Assembly: GCA_963662465.1 (NCBI GenBank)
Contig: OY759599.1
Location: 4,096,001-4,160,000 of the forward strand
Source of the DNA: Desulfatiglandales bacterium
GTDB taxonomy: Bacteria > Desulfobacterota > DSM-4660 > Desulfatiglandales > Desulfatiglandaceae
Length of the DNA stretch: 64,000 bases
Direction of reading: 5' to 3'
The notes beneath the pieces were generated by a model, which was given only the letters and a program-made list of their open reading frames with translations, was not told the DNA's origin and did no database searches. The translations under genes were made by a program, and so were the position numbers. Position 1 is the first letter of the stretch. Every line of letters begins with the position of its first letter. Shown piece after piece: positions 45,806-57,300 of the stretch.

Positions 45806-46198
45806 ATGGGCTATCAAAAGAGAATCCATCTTTTTGTTGCTTTTTTCCTGGTCTGCGCTGTTTTCGCTAACGGTGCGTTGGCCGAAGCCTGTTTCTGCGG
45901 ACAAGCCTGCCTGCACGGTCCGCAACATAAAGCGAAGTCTGCGGTTAACCTCCCCTTTCATATGCGTTGCTCAGGGACTCTGTGCACGAGTTGTGTTTTG
46001 GAAAAAGGCCAAACATCAAAAGCCGTCAATTCTGCAGCACGAACATATCATGTGAAAATTCGCTATATTGCCAACCTGAATCCACTTATCGATTCCCATT
46101 CCGCTTGTCATATTTTTGTAGATACGGGATCTTTTACTGCCCGAAAAGTAGTTTCCTCAGCGCCAATTTACCTCCAAAACCTTTCCATTCTTTGTTGA
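45806..46198 (+). CDS. Small Cys/His-rich exported hypothetical protein
   Basis: Hydrophobic N-terminus, CFCGQAC.H, HMRC...C..C, PIYLQNLSILC end. Confidence 0.5.
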   Translation: MGYQKRIHLFVAFFLVCAVFANGALAEACFCGQACLHGPQHKAKSAVNLPFHMRCSGTLCTSCVLEKGQTSKAVNSAARTYHVKIRYIANLNPLIDSHSACHIFVDTGSFTARKVVSSAPIYLQNLSILC

Positions 46199-46377
46199 TC
46201 CGGTAAGGATTTCTTCACTGCCATAAAAAGACATCGTTCTATTTAAAGGCACCTTCATTCATGCCGGAACACGGGCCGGGTGCGATTGGTGGCGGATCAT
46301 TAAACATGCTGATGAAATATTTATTTTTGGCCTTTTGTAGATGGGCACATGAAAGAAAACCGGATGGGAGTTGAGAC

Positions 46378-47331
46378 GTGAAAACAAACATTTTTAAATT
46401 GGGTGAGTACAAAATCATTGAAACTGATGATCGGTATTTGAGATGGGAAGCCCATTCCGGAATAGGTGAGATAAAAGAAGGCAGGTGCTTTCAAAAAGGG
46501 TCGATCCTGTTCATTGGACCGCCGGAAAGCCGACGTGACGGTTTTTTGAAGTTCGAATTTATGGCGTATCTTAAAGGATTCCCTGACTGGCTGAAGACAA
46601 CATATTATTGTAAAGGTCTTGGGGTATACCAATGCAAAACAGGCAAAAAAGTGGCGAAGGAAGACATGCTGTTATGGAAGCCCAATTGCGGTGTCGATGG
46701 AAAACCTGGACAGTTTTCGGAAAAATCTGAACCGACTTTAATTTCGATTTCCACCAAAAGGACTGCGAAAGATGCTGCTTACAGACTTCAAAGATATGAA
46801 ATAACACCAAAGCCGGATGGTCAAATTGCTTGGAAAACACACGCGGGTCCGAACACCTTCAGTGGTGGGACATGTATCATTTTTGAAGACATTTTATTTA
46901 TGGGGATACGGCAAAACGAAAAAGCCCATTTGAACAAACGGCAATTCCTTGAAAATCTGGAAAAATTGCCTGAATGGCATCAAACGGTATATTATTCCCC
47001 TAAACTCTCGCTCTATGAGTGTAAAACCGAAAAAGAAATGCAGCATGACAGGAAAAGATGGCTTCGCGAAATCAAAGGAATGGAAAATCATGCCTGCCAA
47101 AAAGGACACAAGGATGAAACCCAATTCGAGGTGAAACTGCGAGATGTTTCCATCAAAGGGGCGACATTTTTGAGCGGATTGGCAAAAAAATGGTTATCCT
47201 ATGCGGCCGGTTGGATGATTTCGAACGTGCCGATTGTTTTCGCCCATTTGATGGGCCTCTGGAAAAAATTTAAGGGAGGGTGGCACTGCAAAAAAGGGAA
47301 GCGCCCTTCCATCCATCGCAGGGATGATTAA
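46378..47331 (+). CDS. Hypothetical protein with an internal two-fold domain repeat
   Basis: GTG start after GGGAG; two copies of Y.I.......W..H.G.....G.C......LF.G...F...L...P.W..T.YY. Confidence 0.65.
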   Translation: MKTNIFKLGEYKIIETDDRYLRWEAHSGIGEIKEGRCFQKGSILFIGPPESRRDGFLKFEFMAYLKGFPDWLKTTYYCKGLGVYQCKTGKKVAKEDMLLWKPNCGVDGKPGQFSEKSEPTLISISTKRTAKDAAYRLQRYEITPKPDGQIAWKTHAGPNTFSGGTCIIFEDILFMGIRQNEKAHLNKRQFLENLEKLPEWHQTVYYSPKLSLYECKTEKEMQHDRKRWLREIKGMENHACQKGHKDETQFEVKLRDVSIKGATFLSGLAKKWLSYAAGWMISNVPIVFAHLMGLWKKFKGGWHCKKGKRPSIHRRDD

Positions 47332-47419
47332 ATCCGGGCCTAATCCCGTGCCATTGCTCAAGGACTATTCTTAAGGCTTGGAATAGGAAAAGGACCCTCA
47401 AAAAAGGAGATCTATAATC

Positions 47420-48037
47420 GTGATAACGACAAAAGGTTTCAGAAACATATCCCTTATCATAATCCCCCTGATTGTCATTGCTTTCTACCTTCGGCCAAGC
47501 GCGGTGATGGCAAACGATCACAAAAGGAACGAAAACCATTTAAGACAATACGAAAGCGGGAAGGACAGTTTTGACTCAAATGATCGTAAGAACAGACGGC
47601 TGAAAAGTAAAGATGAAGGAAATGAGCTAACAGGCTTAACCACCGCATGGCTCCTCGGGGCGGCCAACCTCACCGTTCTTCTCAGCCTCCTCCTCAAAGG
47701 CGCAAATCGGTATCTTCCCTTAAAGCCGGAAACAAAGAGCGCAGTCAGGCGATTCAACCAGTTCCAGAAAAAGCACCTGATGCGATTTCATTATCTTTTA
47801 AACCCGTTGGCCCTGTGCATAGGGTTCCTGCATTTTCTCTTGTCTTGCTGCCGGAAAACAGCCCTGCCCGAATGGGGTTTACTATTTGTGGCAATGATGG
47901 TTTTCCTGGGATTGATGGTAAAATTCAAAGGAACTCCCAAGTGGATGAGGAAATTCCTTTATCGCTTACATACATCCTGGATACCCTTTTCAGTATTGAT
48001 TCTGATTCTGATCGTCGGGCATCTGATGGTTGAATGA
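47420..48037 (+). CDS. Membrane protein with four His in TM helices (cytochrome b/ferric-reductase-like)
   Basis: AAGGAG RBS; RFHY, FLHF, RLHT, VGHL in hydrophobic segments. Confidence 0.55.
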   Translation: MITTKGFRNISLIIIPLIVIAFYLRPSAVMANDHKRNENHLRQYESGKDSFDSNDRKNRRLKSKDEGNELTGLTTAWLLGAANLTVLLSLLLKGANRYLPLKPETKSAVRRFNQFQKKHLMRFHYLLNPLALCIGFLHFLLSCCRKTALPEWGLLFVAMMVFLGLMVKFKGTPKWMRKFLYRLHTSWIPFSVLILILIVGHLMVE

Positions 48038-48179
48038 GGTGAAGTGGCGGTGAAAAGCCTCATTATCATTCTGGCAATAGGGTTCCTGTTGAAGATAACC
48101 GTTTTATCAACGGCTTCGACGTCGATGTCATTTATGTAGGTTCCCTTGTCTTCGCAGATGGCGGTAAAGAACAAAATAG

Positions 48180-49152
48180 ATGGGGCATATGTTCGGAACC
48201 ATTCTTATATCAGTCTGCACGGTTATGCATGTCTATGTCTTTTGGCGTGCCGCGTCCGTACCGTTTATTGACCGGCATGTACCGCGAAAGGTTCTCATCG
48301 AGACCGGGGTGATCCTGTGGGCGGTTTTTTTCTTTGGCCGCGTCATGGGCCACGGCGGAACAGGAGATCTGGCCGGCACACTCGAATTCTTTGGTATGAA
48401 CTTGGATGGGCGTTCTATTTTTGACGTTCATTCCCCTCTTTTCCATAGACCTCGTTACGCTTTTCGGACTCCTCATGCTCCGGTTATCGCCCTCATTGCG
48501 AGGATGGGCATTATTGGCCGGTGGAGCGTTTTCGGCAATCACACTCTTTCAGGGACTGCGGCCACCGGTGGTCGAAAAATACGAAGTGAACCTTCCCCAT
48601 CTTCCAGATAGCATGGATGGAACCGTACTCGTGGCCCTCTCCGACATGCACCTCGGCTCGCAGTTCGGCGAACGTTGGCTGGCGGCTCGCATCGCCCAGG
48701 TAAAAGCTCAACAGGCGGATCTTGTTGTTTTAGTAGGTGACGTTTTCGAAGGACACGGTTTACCTGATAAATCGTTGATGGGCACCTTTAAGAAGCTAAA
48801 CGCCCCCATGGGCATCTGAGCCGTCCCCGGCAATCATGAATTCCATGGGGGAAGTGATATGGGCTTGTTCGATGCGGCAGGTTTTACACTGCTCCGCAAC
48901 GGGTGGGCTGAAGTGAGAACCGGTCTCATTCTGGCGAGCGTGGGTCTCATGCTATCCGACCACACCCACGGAGGGCAGATATGGCCATTCGACTATCTGG
49001 TCCGCATCCGTTATCCCCTGTTGGAGGGAAGATACGAAGTGGATGGGATGACGGTTATTGTATGCAGAGGCACGGGCACATGGGGACCGCGAATGCGATT
49101 CTGGAGACCCAGTGAGATCCTCAGTGTGACACTGCGAACGAAGGGGGAATAG
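48180..49152 (+). pseudogene. YkuE-like membrane metallophosphoesterase, disrupted
   Basis: LSDMHLG, VGDVF, PGNHE, HTHGGQ, RGTGTWGP.MR spread over a frameshift (~48400) and a TGA at 48817. Confidence 0.85.
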
Positions 49153-49391
49153 TCATTCTAACCTTTCATATCAAATTGAGCTGCGCATACCTGAATTATC
49201 GAGACTCGAGTATTGCCTTCTTGCCCATATTGCACTGCCTGCTATCTCTCTCAGACTCCCGAAAGATAAAAACTGATGCAATATCAATATGATATATCAA
49301 CCATATTTCGTTTCAATATGTTTAGGACCAATAAAGATACAAGCATGAAAAGTTTGTCGATGATGCCCCTGGATTGCGAAACGCTCGGGGT

Positions 49392-49530
49392 CTATCCAAA
49401 AATCAACAGAGCTTTTTTAGCAATATCTTCCCCCCATTCCTGAGCAAAATGTCCAGCCTCAGCGAGTTCGTATGGTTCGGAGCGATTCTTGATGTTTTTA
49501 TGAAGGGCTTTCATCCCCAAGGGAATGATC
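49392..49530 (-). pseudogene. C-terminal remnant of a haloalkane dehalogenase-like hydrolase
   Basis: EP.ELAEAGHFAQEWGEDIAKKAL..F; rest of gene absent. Confidence 0.5.
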
Positions 49531-50438
49531 CTGGAAGCAAACCTCACCGCGGCTGCCATGCTGGGGATGGAAAGGGGCATATTGGTGGGGGCCCCTTTCC
49601 ATGATTGCATCACCATGGATGATCGGGATATTTTCTACCTTTTTCGCAGAAAACTCATTGAAACCGGGAGTAAACAGACCTGCAACCTGCGGCTCATCCA
49701 CAAGAACGAATCCGATTTCCGTGCCCGGATGGAATGCATTCCCGTGTTTGATGAAAAGGGGAATCTGGATCGGATTCGCGCCATCGCAATTGATATGACG
49801 AAGCAATACGAGGCGGCGGAGAAACAAAAGGAGAGTGACGCGCGGTATCGCGCTCTTTTTCACAACATGAAGGACGGGGTGGCCATCTATGAGGCCCGGA
49901 ATGAAGGTAAGGATTTTATCTTTGTCGATTTCAACGAAGCCGCCGAAAAAATAGAGAACATCCATAAAGAAACCCTCATGGGCAAAAGTGTTCTGAAGGT
50001 GTTTCCCGCTGTAAAAGAGTTCGGCCTGTACGAGGTGTTCAAACGGGTATGGAAAACGGCTCAGCCGGAAAGGCATCCGGTGGCCATGTACATGGATGAA
50101 AGGATCACCGGGTGGCGGGAAAACTTTGTCTGTAAATTGCCTTCCGGTGAAATCCTGGTTGTTTACTCGGACGAAACCGGCCGCATGCAGGCAGAAGAGG
50201 CATTGCGGAAGAGCGAAGAACGGTTTCGAACCGTTGCGGAATTCACGTATGACTGGGAGTACTGGGTTGCACCGGATGGTCACCATATCTACGTCTCGCC
50301 ATCGTGCGAAAGAATTACGGGCTATGACTCCCAGGCGTTTATGAATGATCCCGGTCTGCTTGAAAAGGTGGTTCACCCCGACGACCGAACCACCTTCGTC
50401 AACCATATTCGCCAAATAGAGCAACTGAAAAAAGAATA
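49525..50438 (+). pseudogene. PAS-domain sensor fragment truncated by the Y1 element
   Basis: Three PAS/PAC segments (ILEAN..AA, RYRALF.NM.DGVAI, YVSPSCERITGY..VHPDD); no kinase domain; runs into the element end. Confidence 0.7.
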
Positions 50439-50457
50439 TGGAAAGGGGACGTGGAAA

Positions 50458-51536
50458 GGGGACGTTCGTCAGATTATAAGTTGCGTTTTTGTTTTTCATT
50501 TGATAGCGTGTCTGTATGCCAAGAAAAGCCCGCATAGATGCCCCAGGAGCGCTACACCATGTTATTGCCAGGGGGATAGGCCGTCGAAAAGTGTTTGATG
50601 ATGATGACGACCGAGATTTTTTTGTTGAACGGTTGGGGAAAATTGTTTCTGATACGGAAACACAATGTTTTGCGTGGGCGCTGATGCCCAATCATTTCCA
50701 TTTGCTTTTGAAAACCGGCATTATCCCTGTCTCTACGGTCATGAAACGCCTCTTAACCGGTTACGCCATGCACTATAACCGGAGACACAAGCGGTATGGC
50801 CATCTGTTTCAAAACCGATACAAGTCAATCCTCTGCCAGGAAGATTCATATCTATTGGAACTGACGCGCTATGTGCATTTGAACCCGTTTCGGGCAAAAT
50901 TGGTATCTGATCTAAAGGAGTTGGGCAACCATCCTTACAGCGGGCATAGCGTACTTATGGGGAGGGTAACCGCGGAGTGGCAGAACACGACAATCCTCGG
51001 GTTGTTTGGCGATAAGGTGTCCGTTGCGCGGCGGCGGTACCTGGAATTTGTAAAAAAGGGGATAGCTGCCGGCAAAAGGCAAGATCTCACGGGTGGGGGA
51101 CTGGTTCGGAGCGTTGGAGGGTGGTCCGCCGTGAAATCATTGCGGAAGGCCGGCGTATTTCAGAAGGGGGATGAGCGTATCCTTGGCGATGGTGAATTTG
51201 TGGAGAAGGTTCTCTCTCAAGCCGAGGAGGCATTCGAGAGGAAATATCGCTTGAAGGCCAGGGGGATTGATGTCGGCAGGATTGCCGAGAGAGTTGCCGA
51301 CATTATGGACATGGCCCCCGAAGCGGTTTGGGCTTCGGGAAAACAACCTAAGATTGTGCAGGCTCGCAGCCTTCTTTGCTACTGGGCGACCGGTGAATTG
51401 GGCGTTAGCCAGGCGTGGTTAAGCCGGAAACTGGGGATTTCCCAGGCAGCGGTAAGCCTTTCGGTAAGCAGAGGACGTCGGATTGCATTAGAAAATCACT
51501 ATGAGATTGGGAACTTATAAACTGACGAACGTCCCC
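50458..51536 (+). mobile_element. Y1/RAYT-like HUH transposase element bounded by 25-bp inverted repeats
   Basis: GGGGACGTTCGTCAGATTATAAGTT (50458-50482) vs AACTTATAAACTGACGAACGTCCCC (51512-51536), 1 mismatch; two further partial copies in the window. Confidence 0.8.
50516..51520 (+). CDS. REP-associated tyrosine (Y1, HUH) transposase with C-terminal HTH
   Basis: MPRKAR, HHVIARG, LMPNHFHLL (HUH), GHLFQNRYKS, RYVHLNP; DnaA-C-like HTH tail. Confidence 0.9.
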   Translation: MPRKARIDAPGALHHVIARGIGRRKVFDDDDDRDFFVERLGKIVSDTETQCFAWALMPNHFHLLLKTGIIPVSTVMKRLLTGYAMHYNRRHKRYGHLFQNRYKSILCQEDSYLLELTRYVHLNPFRAKLVSDLKELGNHPYSGHSVLMGRVTAEWQNTTILGLFGDKVSVARRRYLEFVKKGIAAGKRQDLTGGGLVRSVGGWSAVKSLRKAGVFQKGDERILGDGEFVEKVLSQAEEAFERKYRLKARGIDVGRIAERVADIMDMAPEAVWASGKQPKIVQARSLLCYWATGELGVSQAWLSRKLGISQAAVSLSVSRGRRIALENHYEIGNL

Positions 51537-51576
51537 AAGTCCCTTGTCCCCCTAAGAAAATGTGGGAGGTGAGCGA

Positions 51577-52629
51577 ATGAGCAACCACGAACCACAGGAT
51601 AATCAGGAAATGGAACCGGCCAGAGGGCAGTTTCTGGTCTATCAGGCTGAAGACGGCAAACTGAAGCTGGATGTGCGGTTTGAGGATGAATCGGTCTGGC
51701 TGACGCAGCAGTTGATGGCAGATTTGTTTCAAACCACCAAGCAGAACATAAGTCTTCATATTCAAAATATTTACGAGGAAGGTGAGCTTGTGCCGAAGGC
51801 AACTGTCAAGAAATACTTGACAGTTCGTCAGGAAGGCAGTCGCGAGGTCAAACGCCTGCTGGATTATTACAATCTGGATATGATCATTTCCGTCGGCTAC
51901 CGGATTAAAAGTCATGTGGCAACCCGTTTCCGTATCTGGGCGACGCAGAAACTGACGGAATTTATTCGCAAAGGATTTGTGCTGGATGACGAACGCTTGA
52001 AAAATCCCGATCTGCCTTTTGACTATTTTGAAGAGTTGGAACGGCGCATTCAGGATATCCGAACTTCGGAGCGTCGTTTCTACCAGAAAATTACTGATAT
52101 CTATGCTACCAGCATCGATTACGATCCGACGATGGACATCAGCATAGAGTTCTTCAAAACCGTTCAGAATAAAATGCACTGGGCTATCACTGGGAAAACG
52201 GCGGCGGAACTTATTCATTCCAGAGCGGATGCAGACAAACCAAACATGGGACTCACCAATTATCGTGGCGCCAAGGTCCGCAAACAGGATGTGAGCATTG
52301 CCAAGAATTATTTGAATGAAGATGAACTGGCTGCCCTTAACAATCTTGTCGAGCAATATCTGATTTTCGCCCAAGGGCAAGCCATGCGTCGCATTCCCAT
52401 GTATATGAGTGACTGGATCAAAAAGCTGGATAGCTTCATGACCCTCAACGACCGCGATATTCTCACCCACGCCGGTAAGACTTCCCATGAGATGGCAAAG
52501 CAACTAGCCGAAGGCGAATATGAAAAGTTTCATGCCAACCGTCAGGCCGACTCAAATAACCAACTCAGCGACTTTGATAAGGCGGTTAAGCAGATCGAAG
52601 CCCAAGTCGAAGCCTCAAAGAAAAGATGA
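51577..52629 (+). CDS. rhuM: RhuM family protein
   Basis: VWLTQQLMADLF, YNLDMIISVGYR..S..AT.FR.WAT, IQDIRTSERRFYQKITDIYA, AKNYL...EL. Confidence 0.88.
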   Translation: MSNHEPQDNQEMEPARGQFLVYQAEDGKLKLDVRFEDESVWLTQQLMADLFQTTKQNISLHIQNIYEEGELVPKATVKKYLTVRQEGSREVKRLLDYYNLDMIISVGYRIKSHVATRFRIWATQKLTEFIRKGFVLDDERLKNPDLPFDYFEELERRIQDIRTSERRFYQKITDIYATSIDYDPTMDISIEFFKTVQNKMHWAITGKTAAELIHSRADADKPNMGLTNYRGAKVRKQDVSIAKNYLNEDELAALNNLVEQYLIFAQGQAMRRIPMYMSDWIKKLDSFMTLNDRDILTHAGKTSHEMAKQLAEGEYEKFHANRQADSNNQLSDFDKAVKQIEAQVEASKKR

Positions 52630-52903
52630 AGGACTGCCCGGCAATGAGCGGCGGCGTGTATTCACCATACCGCTTAACGTCACCTATGATTTCGGCAAGA
52701 AGCTGCAGATTATTCGACCAAAACGGAATGCGAATGCTCAGAGGGAACCGAAAAGAAAGCCAGAGACCTGAACGACATCGAGCTTCAGCAAAAACTGACA
52801 ACGGCGAAGACCCATGTTGAATCCCTGAAAAAGCGTATTGAGCAGAGAGAACCGGAACTGAATAAAGCGGAAACTGACTTTTCGGCAGCACTGCAACATA
52901 AAA

Positions 52904-53132
52904 GACGTTCGTCAGATTATAAGTTGCGTTTTTTTTTCATTTGCCGGGAAGATTCATATCTATTGGAACTGACGCGCTATGTGCATTTGAACCCGCTTCG
53001 GGCAAAATTGGTATCTGATATAAAGGCGTTGGGCAACCATCCTTACAGCGGCATAGAGTACTTTATGGGTCGGGTAGCCGCAGAGTGGCAGAGCACGGGA
53101 ATCCTCGGGTTGTTTGGCGACAAGGTGTCCGT
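52904..53132 (+). mobile_element. Internally deleted third copy of the Y1/RAYT element
   Basis: Partial left IR joined directly to sequence matching ~50834-51024. Confidence 0.8.
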
Positions 53133-53237
53133 AATCCAAAATCACCCCGGCATGCTTGACCACAAAAACACTTTGAGGTATCTTTGTGTGCAAAATTCAA
53201 ATCCGAATCGCGCCCTTTCCATCATGGAGCCAAGAAA

Positions 53238-53546
53238 ATGCATTCTTTACTCGATAATGTATCTGAAACGCTGAATATTCCTCCGGACATCATCATCCGC
53301 ATGGGAATTAAGGCGTTCTTAGAAAGGGAGATCCGTTTGGCCGAATTGGACATAGCCGATATCCGGGAAAAATATCTTGTTGCCTCCAGGGAGGACCTGG
53401 AAGAGAAGATACAAAATAAGGCCATCCATAGTCACCCTGCGTGGGAGGACCTCATCACCTTGGAGAATTCTGAAAAGCATATTCTCCAGTTGAAGGCGAT
53501 TGTCAAACGGGAATGGGACCATGCTGAACCAGTACGAACTGATTGA
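53238..53546 (+). CDS. Small helical hypothetical protein, probable antitoxin-like partner
   Basis: GGAG RBS; EKY....EDLE......H..WEDLI..E pattern; overlaps the downstream TumE-like gene. Confidence 0.55.
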   Translation: MHSLLDNVSETLNIPPDIIIRMGIKAFLEREIRLAELDIADIREKYLVASREDLEEKIQNKAIHSHPAWEDLITLENSEKHILQLKAIVKREWDHAEPVRTD

Positions 53547-53875
53547 GAAGATTGCCCATTCCGAATTCCCGGACATTGTGACGTCATCCCGGATCATCCA
53601 AACTACGTCTCCATTTCAAAGATCAAACATTTATGGCTATCTGGCTCAGTGAAACAGGAAAATATTCTTTTCACTGGGAGCAAAGCGCCAAAAGGGGGTT
53701 GATTCATCGCCATGATAATGCCCCCGATCACCCTGAAATAAGCACCTTTCCAAAGCACTTTCATGATGGCGATGAGCAGAATGTTCTGCCGAGTCATTTA
53801 GCCGATACGCCTGCATCGGCCGTGAAAGAGTTCCTTGAATATATCAGGAAAGTCCTCAACTCCCATGATCATTGA
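53521..53875 (+). pseudogene. TumE/DUF6516-like TA protein with frameshift near 53600
   Basis: KYSFHW, RHDNAPDHPEISTFPKHFH; N-terminus (MLNQYELIEE...) in a different frame. Confidence 0.6.
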
Positions 53876-54319
53876 CGCTGTTATGATGTCACGCTCCGTC
53901 TGCTTTTAGGGCAGGCGTTGCGGGGGAGATCAATGATTTTACCCCCGGAACGGACTCCCCCGCAGCACGGAAAATCGAATCCCATGACAAGAACAATTTT
54001 CCGTTCTCCGGTTCGTCGGTGACCGGCCCCCCCCGCTGGTCCCATCCCGACTTCATTCTGACAGCCATTTTCAGCGAACCCATCAACCGCTTGAATGCCG
54101 AGACTTTGATCAGCGCCCTGAACAAAGGCCGTATTCACGGATATCATCGAGCCAACGGGGAGCGCTGGCAACTGACGCAAGCGAAGAATAATTTGGAAAC
54201 AAGTTACAGCAATGGAATTACAAATTGCTTTTTTTAACAAACAATTCCTATAATAACCGTCGGAACGGAAGGGTCGATTCTTGGACATGGGAATAGATGC
54301 ATCTACTCGGAGTTTTAAG

Positions 54320-57300
54320 ATGGAATACAGGCTGCAAGATCTGATTGACATGGAACATTTTCAAAACCTGCAAGACCGGTTGAATAAAATTTACGCCTTT
54401 CCATCATCCATCGTTGATAACGACGGCAACATACTGACAGCCACTGCCTGGCAGGACCTTTGCGCAAAGTTCCATAGAAAAAATAAGGAGAGTGAACAGC
54501 ATTGTATTAAAAGCGACCAATACATTTTAAGTCATTTGAATGAGGCGAACCTTGCTGTGAGTTACCGATGTCCACACGGTTTGGTGGATAATGCCACACC
54601 GATCGTTATTGACGGCATCCATTATGGCAATTTCTTTACCGGTCAGTTTTTTCTAGAAGCGCCTGATATGGATTTTTTCAGAACTCAGGCCGAGAAATAT
54701 GGGTTTGACGAAGCTGCCTATCTTGAGGCCGTTAGAAAAGTACCGATCTGGACGCAGGAGCAGCTGGACAACTATCTGTCTTTTATTGAAGGATTGATTG
54801 CCGTCATCTCCGAAAGCGGTCTAAAAAAACTGAAAGAAATTGAAACCCGGAAAAAAATTGAAGAAACGGATAAACGACACAGGTCCATCCTGAAAACTGC
54901 AATGGATGGATATTGGCTAACGGACGTTTCAGGTCGACTGCTTGAAGTCAATGATGCCTACTGCAAGATGAGTGGCTACAGTGAAGAAGAATTACTGGCC
55001 ATGCGTATTCCGGACCTGGAGATTGTCGAAACGTCCGAACTTGTGGCCGAACATATGCAAAAGGTTATTCTGAAGGGGTCGGACCGATTTGAATCCAGGC
55101 ATCGCCGCAAAAACGGAACAATTTTTGAGGTTGAAATCAGCATTCAATTTCGTCCCGAAGAAGGAGGACAATGCGTTTGTTTCCTGCGTGACATTACCGA
55201 CCTCAAAGAGGCCGATAGATCCTTGCGGGTGAGTGAAGAAAGATATCGGACTCTTTTTAAAAACATGGCACAAGGTGTTTTCTATCAAAGGGCGGATGGC
55301 TTTTTGCTCGATTACAACAATGCCGCTCTTGAAATGTTTGGGTTGACTTCCGACCAATTCATGGGAAAAACATCATTGGATCCCCAATGGAAGGTAATTG
55401 AAGAAGATGGCACGGCTCTGCCCGGAGACAAACATCCTTCAATGGTGGCATTGCAAACCGGCAAACCGGTTCGAGATGTTACCGTTGGTGTTTATAACAT
55501 ACGCCTAAAAACATATCGATGGCTTCTGGTTAATGCCATTCCACAATTCCACAATGTGGGGGAAAAGCCGTATCAGGTATTTGTTACGCTACAGGATATT
55601 ACCGATCGGTTGGCCGCGGAACGTGCGGTTCAGATCAGCGAAACCCGCCTGAAAAAAGCGCAGGCAATGGCAAAGGTCGGTAACTGGGAATACGACATTT
55701 ATACCGGTAAAATTTGGGGATCGGAAGAGGCATTCCGTATCTATGGTATTGAGCGGACGTCTGATTTTCTTCCCCTCCATGAAGTCGAAAGCCATATCAT
55801 TGATGCGAAAAGAGTGAACCAGGCCCTTGCGGACCTGATAAACCAAAACCATACCTATGACATTGAATTCCATATCAACCCCAAAACCGGGAAAGGATTG
55901 ACCCATATTCATTCAATGGCGGATCTGGTTTGTGATGGGGATGGAAAGCCTGTGAAGGTGGTCGGCGTGATCCAGGACATCAGCGACTACCGGCGGATGG
56001 AGGCCAAAAAGAGGCAGAGCGAAGAAACGTACAGAAATCTGTTGAACAATCTGAATGCCGGTGTCGTTGTTCATGCGCCTGACACTTCAATCATGATCGC
56101 AAATCAGAGCGCCTGCAGAATCCTCGGACTATCAGAGGATCAGATAATCGGGAAAGAAGCGATCGAACCCAACTGGAAGTTTCTGCGCGACGACGGCAGT
56201 GATATGCCCTTAGACGAGTATCCGGTCAATTACGTTTTATCCACACAAAAGACCCTGCATAATCAGATCGTAGGGGTTGTACGCCCTTCCATTGGAGATA
56301 TCTCCTGGGTGCTGGTTAATGGATTCCCGGTACTCAATGACACAGGGGAAATTGAACAGGTCATCATCAATTTTGTGGAGATAACCGAAATAAAACAGGC
56401 GCAGCAATCGGTCATTATGGCCAATAAAAAAATGCGTCTGGCAGCGGATTCCGCGCATTTTGGCGTCTGGGATTTGAATATCAAAGAAAACCGTTTGGAA
56501 TGGGACGATTGGATGTTTCGGCTCTACGGTATCATCCGGGAGGACTTTAGCGGTACCTATAAAGCCTGGCAGGCCGGTATTCACCCCGATGATCTGGCGC
56601 GAAGCAGTCAAGAGGTGGCGCAGGCCTTGTCAGGGGAAAAGGAATTTAATACCGAGTTCCGAATTGTCCGGCCGGATGGCGAAGTGCGCCATATAAAAGC
56701 CCATGCCACCGTCTCTCGCGACAGGCAGGGCGATCCGGTTCACATGACCGGGATCAATTATGACATCACCCGTCAGAAAAAGTCCGAGTTGGACCTCAAA
56801 GACAGCGAAGCGCGTTTCAAAGCGCTCCACAATGCTTCCTTCGGAGGCATTGCCATCCATGACAAGGGTCTCATCCTGGAGTGCAACAAGGGTTTGTCGG
56901 AAATAACCGGCTATGAATACAGTGAACTGATCGGGATGAATGGCTTGTATTTGATTTCCGATGATACCCGGGAAACGGTAATGCGGAACATCAAAGCCGG
57001 TTATGAAAAACCATATGAGGTGGAAGGTGTTCGCAAAAACGGGGAATTATACCCGCTTCGGCTGGGGGCCAGAAACATTCCCTACAAGGGAAAAGATGTC
57101 AGAGTTGTAGAGTTTCGAGATATCACTGAAAACAAGCGCGCGGAGAAGGAAAGGGCGAGGCTTGAAGCAAGCCTGCGCCAGGCCCAGAAGATGGAAGCCG
57201 TGGGTCGTCTGGCAGGGGGTGTGGCCCACGATTTCAATAACATGCTGAGTTTGATCATCGGCCATGTGGAGATGGCGCAGGACCAAGTGGACCCGGCGCA

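Noticed and set aside
46245..46320. Possible metal riboswitch after the Cys-rich ORF (GGGCCGG segment)
   Set aside because: Only a short motif resemblance; no convincing multi-stem structure by eye
48817..48819. UGA as selenocysteine in the metallophosphoesterase
   Set aside because: The position corresponds to an aromatic residue before AVPGNHE, and the gene has other lesions, so a nonsense mutation is more likely
49498..50691. 397-aa minus-strand ORF
   Set aside because: Antisense shadow of the PAS fragment and transposase; no recognisable motifs
51499..52503. 334-aa minus-strand ORF
   Set aside because: Antisense shadow of rhuM
52626..52900. Short ORFs after rhuM and at 53881-54351
   Set aside because: No RBS or recognisable motifs; probably gene debris that I cannot assign
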